From assembly GCA_963793425.1 (NCBI GenBank), contig CAWCAG010000005.1, forward strand, positions 1,696,001 through 1,760,000: a stretch of 64,000 bases of DNA, in the 5' to 3' direction. Both the position numbers and the translations under genes were made by a program. Shown here piece by piece: positions 10,745-20,712 of the stretch. The DNA is from an uncultured cyanobacterium. GTDB taxonomy: Bacteria; Cyanobacteriota; Cyanobacteriia; Cyanobacteriales; CAWCAG01. Numbering within the stretch: the first letter of the stretch is position 1; the number at the start of each line of letters is the position of its first letter. The notes below the pieces were generated by a model. That model had not been told where the DNA came from. It worked only from the letters and a program-made list of their open reading frames with translations, and made no database searches.

Positions 10745-10832
10745 GAAAGCCATTTTCAAATTCTCAAGAAACCTTGAATAGATTTTGTATTTCAGCTAGT
10801 TGTTTTAAATCTCCCCAGCTTATTACCTAAAA

Positions 10833-12320
10833 TTGCTACCCTCAACCAACAACCAACTCCCTCCCATTGATTGGGAAAGTTTAGCTACTGAATATAGCCA
10901 GAAAAGAGGTTCAGAGCGAGTTTGTGAAATTGGCGGTAAGTACCAAGTTTCTCGCGATAATAGTCCTCAACTACCTACTTCCCTTCAACTACGCCCCTAT
11001 CAAATCCAAGCAGTTACTAACTGGTTTCGCAATCAGGGTAGAGGTACTTTAAAAATGGCAACGGGTAGTGGTAAAACTATTGCTGCGTTAGCTATTGCCA
11101 CAGAGCTTTATCACAAAATAGGCTTAGAGGTTTTATTAGTAATTTGTCCCTACCGTCATTTAGTGACCCAGTGGCAAAGGGAATGCCAAAAATTCAACTT
11201 ACAACCAATCTTAGCTTTTGAGAGAGTTACTAATTGGCAAAATCAACTCTCTACCCAACTTTATAATGTTCGGGCCGGAAGCCAAAGTTTTGTTAGTATT
11301 ATTGCCAGTAATGGAACTTTAATTACTCAAGGTTTCCAATCCCAACTTAAGTTTTTTCCTGCCAAAACTTTAATTGTGGGAGATGAGGCACACAACCTTG
11401 GTTCCCAACGTTTAGAAGCTAGTTTACCTCGCAACATTGGCTTACGCCTTGCCCTTTCTGCCACACCAGAAAGATATTTTGATGAAGAAGGAACAGATGA
11501 ATTATTCAATTATTTCGGAGCAGTTTTACAACCAGAATTCACCCTCGCTGATGCTATTAATCAAGGGGCATTAGTTCCTTATCTTTATTACCCTATTTTC
11601 GTAACTTTAACAGCATCAGAAAGCTTAAGTTATGCCAAACTAACTAAGCGGATTGGTTGGGCATTACAAAAAAGTGAAGACTGGCAAAATAACGCCCTTT
11701 TAACCTCCTTATTAATGCAGCGATCGCGCTTGATCGGGGCTGCGGCTAATAAGTTAATTGCTTTACGACAATTAATGGCAACTCGGCTTGATACTTCCCA
11801 TACTCTTTTTTATTGTGGTGATGGTTGGGTAGAAGGGAATGCAAGTAATGAAGAAACGAAAAGGCAATTAGCCGCCGTAACTAAGATTTTGGGTGCAGAA
11901 TTAGGTTATCGAGTTAATAGCTATACTGCCGACACACCTTTAAAAGTAAGGGAAGAATTACGCCAACAATTTGAAAGAGGAGAATTACAAGGTTTAGTAG
12001 CAATTCACTGTCTTGATGAAGGAGTGGATATTCCTGCCATCAAACACGCAATTATTTTAGCTAGTACAGCCAATCCTCGTCAATTTATTCAACGGCGAGG
12101 CCGTATTTTACGCCCCCATCCGGGTAAGGAAAGGGCAACTCTTTTTGATACTATTGTTATGCCTCCAGATTTAGCTAGAGAGGCTTGGGAAGTAGAAAAG
12201 AATCTCTTACAAAAAGAATTAAAACGTTTTCTGGAGTTTGCAGTTTTAGCAGAAAATGCCAGTGAAGCGAGGGGAAAACTACTATATCTTCAAGAAAGGT
12301 ATGGGCTTGAATTACAGTAA
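10833..12320 (+). CDS. SF2 DEAH-box helicase of the 'DNA phosphorothioation system restriction enzyme' type
   Basis: 495 aa; LRPYQ, MATGSGKT, DEAH, ALSATPER, LDEGVDIP, QRRGRILR; resembles the Dnd-associated cyanobacterial helicase family; dnd genes present in the window. Confidence 0.8.
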   Translation: MLPSTNNQLPPIDWESLATEYSQKRGSERVCEIGGKYQVSRDNSPQLPTSLQLRPYQIQAVTNWFRNQGRGTLKMATGSGKTIAALAIATELYHKIGLEVLLVICPYRHLVTQWQRECQKFNLQPILAFERVTNWQNQLSTQLYNVRAGSQSFVSIIASNGTLITQGFQSQLKFFPAKTLIVGDEAHNLGSQRLEASLPRNIGLRLALSATPERYFDEEGTDELFNYFGAVLQPEFTLADAINQGALVPYLYYPIFVTLTASESLSYAKLTKRIGWALQKSEDWQNNALLTSLLMQRSRLIGAAANKLIALRQLMATRLDTSHTLFYCGDGWVEGNASNEETKRQLAAVTKILGAELGYRVNSYTADTPLKVREELRQQFERGELQGLVAIHCLDEGVDIPAIKHAIILASTANPRQFIQRRGRILRPHPGKERATLFDTIVMPPDLAREAWEVEKNLLQKELKRFLEFAVLAENASEARGKLLYLQERYGLELQ

Positions 12321-12333
12321 CAGTAATCAGTGC

Positions 12334-12360
12334 TAAATGTTAAATGTTAAATGTTAAATG
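12334..12360. repeat. Heptamer tandem repeat (TAAATGT)~4
   Basis: Direct reading; overlaps the predicted start of the next ORF. Confidence 0.75.
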
Positions 12361-14308
12361 CTTACTAACTCTATTTTTAATCATATTTATTTTATTTATC
12401 TCCCCCCATTCCTATGCCGCTAACTTAGAAGCAGAATTAACTCCCTTAACTTCAGATTTCCTCCAAGAAAGACTTAAAGAAGTAATAGTTGAAGAGGGAG
12501 TTCCTACTGTAAATCTTACACATCTCACCATTAATTTAGCTGAAGATAATGATGAATTTCGTAATCAATTTTATCAACAAATCCAAAGTGCTATTACTCG
12601 TTCTCAAACGCCCTTAAGCATAAATTTAAGCAACTCCTTAATTCAAGGAGAATTTACTACCCGTAAACTAGGTATCCAAACGCCTTTAATAGAAGAAGCT
12701 TTATCAGGAAGCTTATCTGTTTTAGAAAAGAAACAGTTAGCTAAAGAACCCCGTTTCAAATCATACTCCCTTGAAGATACCCAAGATAAATTTATTCCCT
12801 ATACAACCATTTTACGAGGTTCTCTAAAACTCAATCAAACCCAATTTACTGCCCCAGTAGACTTTAGCAATACTTTCTTTTTACAAAGAGTAGAAGCAGT
12901 AGGAGTTGACTTTACTACAAAAAGCAATTGGAATCAGGCTAGTTTTAGCCATATGGCAGATTTTAGTGAAGCTAAATTTCAAGGAGAAACTAACTTCAAA
13001 GACAGCAATTTTTTCGCTAAAGCTAAATTTGTCAAAGCAAAATTCACAAGTAATCTTGACTTCAGTTATAGCACATTTACCGATGCAACTAGCTTCAGCG
13101 AAGCAACTTTTAATGATGTAGCTAATTGGACTAGTTCCCGATGGCAAGGAGAAGGTAACTTTAGTAAGACAACTTGGCGCGATCGCACCTTTTTCTCTAA
13201 AAGTCGTTTCCTACAATCCCTCTATTTTAATAATGCCAGTTTTGAACAAACCGTTGCCTTCCGGGGTAGTCGTTTCAACAGCATTGTCAACTTCAGTGAT
13301 GCTAGTTTAAGGGAACAAATTGACTTTAGTAATGCTGTTTTTACCCCTAATGCCAAAATCAACTTATCCAAGTTAGCCTTTGATGCCAAAGAAGCGAAAA
13401 TCTTGGGGGAAAAAGGAGTGATTGGTAAAGCTATTTCTGTTTCTACTTTAGAAGGTAATGAAACTATCCTTTTCAACCTAGTCAGGAACTTTCGAAATTT
13501 AGAACAAATCACCGACGCTAACCAAATTGAGTACCAAACCAAAAAGTTGCGCCGAGAACAATTAGAAAATTTATTAATTGGTTTACCTTGGCAAAAATGG
13601 TTACGCTTCAATACATTAGGCTATAGTTTAAAATGGTTCTGTTTAAGTTTAATTCTTTTATTAAGCGACTACGGAACTAACTTCGGTTTAGTCCTCAGTG
13701 TCGGCATTTTCACCCTAGCTTACTTTGGTCTTTTCTTCTGGTTTATCGACCGCTATCGCCGCCGTTTTCCCAAAGCCATACATCCCAATATTTACGAAAC
13801 AATTTGGATGGTAAGTAGCTTTAGTTTCTTAACAATAACTAGTTTAATCGCCATTTTCCAAACTGCCAGACAACCTTGGTTAACCCTTAGTTGTCTAGGA
13901 TTAATTTTATTACCAATTCCTCTGTTTTTACTAGCTAAACTCTATCTTCAAGGACGTTACCATGACTTATTAGCAGTAACTTACTTCGTTGAAGAGGGCA
14001 GTCTGAGACAACTACGCCTTCTCATTGTTCGCCTCCCAATTATCCCCCGTTTCCCTTTCTTCCGCGATCGCTATATGCCCATACTTTGGGATCGGCGTTG
14101 GAACTGGCTTAATTATTATGATTTTAGTTTGAATAATTTACTTAAACTGGGCTTCAATGATATTAGAGTTAGGGATGAACATTTACCCGGTATTGTAACT
14201 ACCTTAGTTTGGTATCAATGGGGTTTAGGTATCCTCTATATTGCCCTTATTCTTTGGACTCTTTCCCGTACTATTCCTGGTTTGAATTTATTGATTTATT
14301 TAAAATAA
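12344..14308 (+). CDS. Pentapeptide-repeat membrane protein
   Basis: 654 aa; signal peptide, repeated A(D/N)FSxAxF pentapeptides, C-terminal transmembrane helices; start uncertain. Confidence 0.85.
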   Translation: MLNVKCLLTLFLIIFILFISPHSYAANLEAELTPLTSDFLQERLKEVIVEEGVPTVNLTHLTINLAEDNDEFRNQFYQQIQSAITRSQTPLSINLSNSLIQGEFTTRKLGIQTPLIEEALSGSLSVLEKKQLAKEPRFKSYSLEDTQDKFIPYTTILRGSLKLNQTQFTAPVDFSNTFFLQRVEAVGVDFTTKSNWNQASFSHMADFSEAKFQGETNFKDSNFFAKAKFVKAKFTSNLDFSYSTFTDATSFSEATFNDVANWTSSRWQGEGNFSKTTWRDRTFFSKSRFLQSLYFNNASFEQTVAFRGSRFNSIVNFSDASLREQIDFSNAVFTPNAKINLSKLAFDAKEAKILGEKGVIGKAISVSTLEGNETILFNLVRNFRNLEQITDANQIEYQTKKLRREQLENLLIGLPWQKWLRFNTLGYSLKWFCLSLILLLSDYGTNFGLVLSVGIFTLAYFGLFFWFIDRYRRRFPKAIHPNIYETIWMVSSFSFLTITSLIAIFQTARQPWLTLSCLGLILLPIPLFLLAKLYLQGRYHDLLAVTYFVEEGSLRQLRLLIVRLPIIPRFPFFRDRYMPILWDRRWNWLNYYDFSLNNLLKLGFNDIRVRDEHLPGIVTTLVWYQWGLGILYIALILWTLSRTIPGLNLLIYLK

Positions 14309-14363
14309 AAAGTTAGGAAATAGTCACACTAATTAAACAACATTGGTTCAGTAGCTATATTTT

Positions 14364-15080
14364 CTAAGATACAGCCGCACCGATCTCTGCTGATTCCGGT
14401 TGCTTAGACAAGCGTCCATCCTCCATGTAAACAATACGATCAGCAAGGTCTAAAATACGGTTGTCATGGGTCACTAACAAGATTGTACAGCCCTGCTCCT
14501 TTGCTAGTTTGTGCATAATATCAACCACATCTCGTCCTGATTTTTTATCTAGGGCTGCGGTAGGCTCATCAGCAAGGACAATTTTAGGATTACTAGCTAG
14601 GGCGCGGGCGATGGCAACCCGTTGTTTCTGCCCCCCGGATAAATCCGCCGGATAATAATTAAGCCTTTCTTCTAAACCAACTTCTGTCAACATTTCCGCA
14701 GCCCGACTATGACGTTGCTGTTTTGAGAAAATACCATGTACTTCTAACCCCATTTGCACATTCTCAAGGGCGGTTAAGCTACCGTGTAAATTATGGGCCT
14801 GGAAAATATAACCATTATTTCGTCTAGCTTTGACCAAATCGTTCTCACTAGCCCCACAAATCTCATGCCCAACCACTTTCAGACTACCAGATTGAGCAGA
14901 GCGCAAACCACCTATCAGGGTTAGTAAGGTTGTTTTACCAGAGCCAGAAGGCCCCGTCATAATAACAATTTCCCCGACAGAAATCTTTAAATTAATATCA
15001 AATAACGCCTGTTTGCGGAGTTTTCCTGACCCAAAATAATGATCAAGTTGATCAACGATAATTGAATATTTTTCACTCAT
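14364..15080 (-). CDS. devA: DevA-family ABC exporter ATP-binding subunit
   Basis: GPSGSGKTT, LSGGQKQRVAIARA, LADEPT; follows devC. Confidence 0.88.
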   Translation of the reverse strand: MSEKYSIIVDQLDHYFGSGKLRKQALFDINLKISVGEIVIMTGPSGSGKTTLLTLIGGLRSAQSGSLKVVGHEICGASENDLVKARRNNGYIFQAHNLHGSLTALENVQMGLEVHGIFSKQQRHSRAAEMLTEVGLEERLNYYPADLSGGQKQRVAIARALASNPKIVLADEPTAALDKKSGRDVVDIMHKLAKEQGCTILLVTHDNRILDLADRIVYMEDGRLSKQPESAEIGAAVS

Positions 15081-15161
15081 AGCTATAAATCCTGTATTAA
15101 TAAGAATTTCCTACTCCCCACTCCCTACCCTAACCAATAACCTCTGCAACAAACAGAAACA

Positions 15162-16337
15162 TCAAAAAATATCCGCCGGATCAGCAGATTGGAGTCGGCG
15201 AGTAGCGATTCCTCCTGAGACACCACACATCACAAAAGTTAGCAACAGAACAATAACTGCCCGACCAACAGTCATGGCTATAGGTAGTGCTGTTGCTGCT
15301 GCTGTAAGTTGATAAGCGCCTAATGCAACTCCTAAACCAGGCAAAAATCCTAGCACTGATAAAATAACTGCCTCTTCAAAAACAATGCCCAGTAAATAAC
15401 TATTGCGGTAGCCCATGGCCCTAAAGGTCGCATACTCTGCCAAGTGACTATTGACATCTGTGGAAAGCACTTGATAGACAATCACCAAGCCGACAATAAA
15501 CCCCATTGCTGAGCCTAAATTAAAGACAAAGCTAATGGGTGAGTCAGATTGAATCGAGGCGAGTTCAAAATCAACATAGCCTTCATTAGTTAAGACTTGC
15601 ACATCTTCAGGTAAATGGGCTGCTAATGCTTCTTTGACTTGCTCTGGATCACGATCTGGTTCTAAGTGAATCAAGCCCAGGCTTGCTGTCCCAGACTCTT
15701 GTTTGGGAAACAACCGTAAAAAGTTTTGATCGCTAGTAATCAGTGCGCCATCATCAGCAAAGGATGCACCAACTTCAAACAACCCTTTTATGGTAACAGT
15801 TCGCAGTCCAATTTCTGTGGTTACTGTCTTCCCCTGTTTAACCTGCTCAATCATCTCTTGGTATTCCCCTCGCGATGCCTTATCAAATAAAACCGTGTCT
15901 GGCATTTTGATGATATCTAGCTGCTGATTAACTTCAGGCAGATTAAAAGCTGGTCGATTGGGGTTTTGCCCCACAAGCAGCATGGATGTTTTTTTGCGAG
16001 TTTGGGGATTGCGCCATTGCACTGAGCCAATGTATAAGGCATCAGCGGAAGCAACACCTGGTACATCTTGAGCCTGATAAAGCCGTCGCCTAGTGAAGGT
16101 GCGTAGTTGCCCAAAATTCTTTGCCTGAGTACTAATTATAACTAAGTCTGTTTGTAAAATACGAGGATATTGGGTGTTACTTTTAAATAGGGCATCTGCA
16201 AACCCAAGCTGCATAAAAATAAGAATGTCAGCAAAGGTGATTCCGGCGATCGCAGTTAATAACCTAATGGGGTCATGTTTAAGCTGGAGCAACCCCAAGG
16301 GTGTGCGCTGTTGCAGGGTTTTAATGATACCAAGCAT
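15162..16337 (-). CDS. devC: DevC-family ABC exporter permease
   Basis: RTPLGLLQL, GITFADILIFMQLGF, ends LQSADPADIF. Confidence 0.9.
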   Translation of the reverse strand: MLGIIKTLQQRTPLGLLQLKHDPIRLLTAIAGITFADILIFMQLGFADALFKSNTQYPRILQTDLVIISTQAKNFGQLRTFTRRRLYQAQDVPGVASADALYIGSVQWRNPQTRKKTSMLLVGQNPNRPAFNLPEVNQQLDIIKMPDTVLFDKASRGEYQEMIEQVKQGKTVTTEIGLRTVTIKGLFEVGASFADDGALITSDQNFLRLFPKQESGTASLGLIHLEPDRDPEQVKEALAAHLPEDVQVLTNEGYVDFELASIQSDSPISFVFNLGSAMGFIVGLVIVYQVLSTDVNSHLAEYATFRAMGYRNSYLLGIVFEEAVILSVLGFLPGLGVALGAYQLTAAATALPIAMTVGRAVIVLLLTFVMCGVSGGIATRRLQSADPADIF

Positions 16338-16352
16338 GATAGCAACTCCTCA

Positions 16353-17546
16353 TTATTGGGCTTTAATGGTGGCAGTAACTTGTAGGTTAGTTAATCCTGC
16401 TACTTTTTCACTTGCAGCCCGATCAAGCCCGATGTGAACTTCAATAACTTTGGCATCAATGTTAGCCGCAGGATCTTCATTCACAACCTGTTGCCTTTCT
16501 ACTTGTAAGCCAATTTGTTTTACTTCTCCCTGGAGTATTTCAGGAATCACAGGTGATTTAATCTCGGCAATTTGACCAACCTTAACCTTATTGATGTCAC
16601 TTTGATAAACTTCAGCAACCACCATCATCTGCTGGGTTTGTCCTAAAGTAGCAATTCCTTCCTCTGCAATTTTTTCACCAGGGCGGGTATGAATCTTAAT
16701 AACTTGGCCACCGCGAGGCGATCGCACCTCAGCTTGATCTAAATCTGCTTTCGCTTCCGCCACTGCTGCGAGTGCCGATTGTACTTCTGCTTTCGCCGCC
16801 GCTACATCCACCGGACGAACTTCCACAATCTGATCAAGGGTTGCACTAGCTTGAGTAATTTGCTTGTCACTGGTGGTTTGAATCCGCTTTAAGGCTGCTT
16901 GAGCTTCCTGGAGTTGTTGTTGTTTGGTGGTGTAGGTAAGTCGCCTTCCATCGCGATCAGAGGCAGAGATTGCCCCCTGCTGATACAGAGATTCGTACCT
17001 TTGATATTCAATACGGGCATTTTGCACTTCTGCCTCTAGACGACTAATAGTTGCACTTTGGGTATTCAAGTTACCAACCTGCTCCGCTTCTATTCGGGCA
17101 ATTTCAGCGCGTTGTGCCTGAATTTCACCTGATTTTGCTCCAGCTTCTACCTGAGCCAGTTTTGTTTCGGCAATCTCAACTTGTTCCTTTGCTTTTTGCC
17201 AAGTAGCCTGTAAACGCTCACGATTATCCAAAACGGCGATTAATTGTCCTGGCTGCACGCGATCCCCTTCTTCAATTAACAGTTCCTTGATGCGGCTTGT
17301 TTGGCTAGAACTTGATGCCGTAAGGTTAATTATCTCCCCTTCTGGCTCCAACCGCCCCAATGCTGTCACTGTTGGGATTTGAGGTACAGGAGCAACATTG
17401 GTTTGGGCTTCCTCTACTTGGGCAGAGCGAAACTGCCAAACTCCCCATGCTGTAGTTCCAAATAGCCCTAAAACGACTAAAAGTAGTAGCCAGCGACGAG
17501 GTAATTTTGAAGATGCGGACTGGTTACCCAAAGCTTCGGAATTCAT
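16353..17546 (-). CDS. devB: DevB-family membrane fusion protein (HlyD-like)
   Basis: VTALGRLEPEGE, coiled coil, VAEVYQSDI, LTNLQV; likely start at 17546 (ORF open to 17588). Confidence 0.9.
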   Translation of the reverse strand: MNSEALGNQSASSKLPRRWLLLLVVLGLFGTTAWGVWQFRSAQVEEAQTNVAPVPQIPTVTALGRLEPEGEIINLTASSSSQTSRIKELLIEEGDRVQPGQLIAVLDNRERLQATWQKAKEQVEIAETKLAQVEAGAKSGEIQAQRAEIARIEAEQVGNLNTQSATISRLEAEVQNARIEYQRYESLYQQGAISASDRDGRRLTYTTKQQQLQEAQAALKRIQTTSDKQITQASATLDQIVEVRPVDVAAAKAEVQSALAAVAEAKADLDQAEVRSPRGGQVIKIHTRPGEKIAEEGIATLGQTQQMMVVAEVYQSDINKVKVGQIAEIKSPVIPEILQGEVKQIGLQVERQQVVNEDPAANIDAKVIEVHIGLDRAASEKVAGLTNLQVTATIKAQ

Positions 17547-17589
17547 GAAGTTTATCCCCAAGATAAAAAGTATTATCATTTCTTCCATT

Positions 17590-17608
17590 TTACTAAACGG
17601 TTTAGTAA
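17590..17608. promoter_or_regulatory. Palindromic operator, probably for the neighbouring TetR regulator
   Basis: TTACTAAAC-G-GTTTAGTAA perfect 9-bp inverted repeat just upstream of devB. Confidence 0.65.
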
Positions 17609-17705
17609 TGTCAACTATGTTTTTTTGGGGTCACACTAGCGAAGCAGTAAGATAGTCGCGAGATAATGTCATTGTTGACAACTGTTATTTTTTACGGCAA
17701 CAAAC

Positions 17706-18168
17706 ATGAGTAGTCTAGTTTTTACTCCTGCTTACCAGCTTGCTCAAATGATTCGTGACAAGACTGTCTCTACAAAAGAGGTTCTTGAAGCTTATTTAGA
17801 ACAAATCGAAAAGCATAATCCTAGAATTAACGCCATTGCTACTTTAGATGAAGAAGCAGCCAGGAAAAGAGCATCTGAAGCCGATGAAGCCATAGCAAAA
17901 AGTGAGATTTGGGGACAGCTTCATGGCGTACCCATTACGATTAAAGATACCTTTGAAACATCAGGATTACTTACTACCGCAGGTTATAAGCCTCTCAGAA
18001 ATTACATACCATCTCAAGATGCCACGGTTGTAGCTCGTCTACGTCAAGCTGGGGCAATTATTATTGGTAAGACAAACCCAGCAGAAATGGCAAGAAATGG
18101 AATTACTGGCAATTGCTCAAGAGATTAATCAAGTGGCTGGTGATTTTCAGTATCCTCCTGGCTATTAA
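17706..18168 (+). pseudogene. Amidase (amidase-signature family) with a large internal deletion
   Basis: N-terminus (LHGVPITIKD, GAIIIGKTN) joined out of frame at about 18090 to an amidase-like C-terminus (QEMELLAIAQEINQVAGDFQYPPGY*). Confidence 0.85.
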
Positions 18169-18248
18169 ACCGTTTTTAGTAAGATGAGAAAATATAAATG
18201 GGCTTGGGGCTAATCTCCATCTATTCTTTCACTTGTGGACTCATATCC

Positions 18249-18890
18249 GTGAATCGTTCAAGCAAAAAAACTTCATCCAAACAACCTAGTAAAAATAAAT
18301 CAGATAAAGGGCAAGCAATCTTAGCTGGTGCGTTGCAAGTGTTTACCAAACATGGCTATGCGGCTGCTAGTATGGATCGCATTGCCTCAGCCGCAGGAGT
18401 ATCTAAACCTACCCTATATAGCTACTTTCAGGATAAGGAGGGCTTGTTTGTTACTTTGATGCGGCAGCTTACTCAAAAGAGCAATCAGATAGTATTTAGT
18501 CTGCAAACCAACATCGATGTGCAAACTCCTCCGGAAGAGGTGCTAAATCAAATTGCAACTTCAGTACTAGAAGAATTTTCTCATAACCAACAGCTTTTAA
18601 CTTTGATGCGATTAATTATTGGCGAGTCGGAGAGGTTTCCTGAATTAGCTCGAACCTTTATGCTGGAAATAGAAAAACCCCTCTTAGAACAACTTTCTTT
18701 TTACTTAGCATCTCAACCCCAACTCAAACTGAGCGATCCTATGGTTGCAGCCAGAATTTTTGCCGGTTCTATAGTACATTATCTAATTGTGCAAAATATT
18801 TTGCACGGTAAGGATATTTTGCCCTTAGAACGCGATCGCATGGTTAAAGGTTTAGTTAGTCTGATCACGGCTAGGGATGATAAAGGGTAA
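18249..18890 (+). CDS. TetR/AcrR family transcriptional regulator
   Basis: GYAAASMDRIASAAGVSKPTLYSYFQDKEGLF HTH; GESERFPELA; probable GTG start at 18249 (ORF open from 18198). Confidence 0.93.
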   Translation: MNRSSKKTSSKQPSKNKSDKGQAILAGALQVFTKHGYAAASMDRIASAAGVSKPTLYSYFQDKEGLFVTLMRQLTQKSNQIVFSLQTNIDVQTPPEEVLNQIATSVLEEFSHNQQLLTLMRLIIGESERFPELARTFMLEIEKPLLEQLSFYLASQPQLKLSDPMVAARIFAGSIVHYLIVQNILHGKDILPLERDRMVKGLVSLITARDDKG

Positions 18891-18900
18891 CAAATCATTA

Positions 18901-18983
18901 CCACCGAAATTCATTTCCTGGCTTAAACAAAAAGTCCGTTTAAACGGACTTCACATACTAGACAGAGAATTAATTCTCTGTCT
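18901..18983. repeat. REP/MITE-like cluster of palindromes
   Basis: Perfect palindromes AAGTCCGTTTAAACGGACTT (18932-18951) and AGACAGAGAATTAATTCTCTGTCT (18960-18983), plus an imperfect one at 18901-18921. Confidence 0.7.
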
Positions 18984-19010
18984 TTGTCTCTTTGTCTCTT
19001 AATTCATCTT

Positions 19011-19993
19011 CTAAGGGGTTTGCCAAATACGTTGGTGATAATCTTCTGGCTTAGCATAGGGATCGCTGTCATGATGATGATGGTGATGCCCGTGTTCATG
19101 ATGTTGATGTGCCTGCCCATCTACTGCTGCAAGACGAAACTTGCACATTTCACAGTTCATAGCAACTTTGCCTAACTGGGCTTCAATTTCTCTTTCCCTA
19201 ATCACTTGTAACAGTTGTGGGGCAATACCCATTTCTGGCAAACAAGCAAAATCGATATGAGGATATTGTTCTTCTTGTTGGGCAGTAATGTTAAAGATTT
19301 TCTCCATTAAAGTTCCTGTAAATAAGAAATAAGGTAGAACAATAATGCGTTTTGCTTGATAGAGATAAGCGCGACGGAAGCCTTCTTCTAAGCGAGGATG
19401 AGTGATGCCAATAAAACAGGTTTCGACGGCTTTGTAACCACTTCCTTCCCAAATAATCCTCGCGAGTTTGCAAACATCTCCGTTGGCATCAGGATCACTC
19501 GAACCTCTACCTACGAACAATAATACTGTGTCGCTACGGGAGATATTATGAGGATTGTTTTGAGGTGTGTCTAATTCTGCGAGGCGATCCCGCCACAGTT
19601 CGATAATTTTGGGGGTGATACCAAATGACGACCATAGTTAAAGTTTAACTGAGGATAAGGCGATCGCGCCCTGTCTAATTCGTTGGTGACATCAAATTTG
19701 TTATGTCTAGCCGCAAATAACAAAATTGGCAGTGCCGTAATTTCGGTATAGCCTTGTTGAATACAAGCATCTACTCCCTGTTGAATGGTTGGTTGAGTTA
19801 GTTCCAAAAAACAAGAAATAACCGGACGAGATGTATCTAGCTTTTGGTAGGTTTCGACAAAATCAAGAAAGGTTTGTCTTCCTTGTTCGTTTCTTGTACC
19901 ATGACCGATAGCCAGTAAAGGTCTTTGATAGGGTAAAGGATTTAATTGCAGTGAGTCAAAAACAGATTTATTGAAAGAACTTGCAGTAAGCAT
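19011..19993 (-). pseudogene. cbiX: Sirohydrochlorin cobaltochelatase CbiX, split by a 1-bp frameshift (real or sequencing error)
   Basis: [18 protein letters not shown] in the first [22 protein letters not shown] and His-rich tail in the second; one extra base in the A-run at 19623-19625 restores [12 protein letters not shown]. Confidence 0.88.
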
Positions 19994-20242
19994 TAATTTA
20001 GATTAGCTCCATTTTCTGGCAACTGGTAAGGGAATATTTAGCTTACAATATTCAAGAAAATGAACAAGTCAGCAATCACCATGCTCAAAATATCATGAAC
20101 AGTAAAAAAGATTAAGCTTGCCCTCAGCTCAAGTTACCCAGGAATGGCTATCAAGTTTATGAAGAAGTGTAAGCTGTTAGGCAGGAAGAAGTAGCTAAGC
20201 CTAAAAAGTAATTTTTCCTGTTTGAGAGCTTAAACTTTTTAA

Positions 20243-20485
20243 CTAACTTGCAATAATTGCCAACACTAAAGATTTCTTTAAATTTGGTTCTAAATTATTA
20301 ACATACTCTGTCGCTTTTTCTGGTTCTGCTCTCACTTCTTTAAGTTTTTGAAAGGCGATCGCAATTTCTTTGGGATGTTTCCACATCCACTGACATAGCT
20401 TGGTTTTCTCTGCATGAGCTTCTTCTACTAAAGCTTTGTTAAACCAAGTGTATAACCAATCAAATTCACCCTGATATAAATTCAT
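20243..20485 (-). CDS. Small hypothetical protein
   Basis: 80 aa ORF alone in an intergenic gap, protein-like composition. Confidence 0.5.
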   Translation of the reverse strand: MNLYQGEFDWLYTWFNKALVEEAHAEKTKLCQWMWKHPKEIAIAFQKLKEVRAEPEKATEYVNNLEPNLKKSLVLAIIAS

Positions 20486-20712
20486 AATTCTCTATTTCAA
20501 TCTTTGTTACTATAGTAAATCTTAATGATTTCTTTTGATTTTGAGGTTAAGCCTTCACTCACCTACAAATGAGTTAGGAAGATAAATTTTTCTACTACCA
20601 AAATTTTAAGGGCGCAACTACTTATTTGACCTCAGTACTAATAGCCAAAACAGAGTGACCAGAAAATAATTTCCTGATTTGATTATATCTGCAAAAATAC
20701 TTAAAAACTTAC

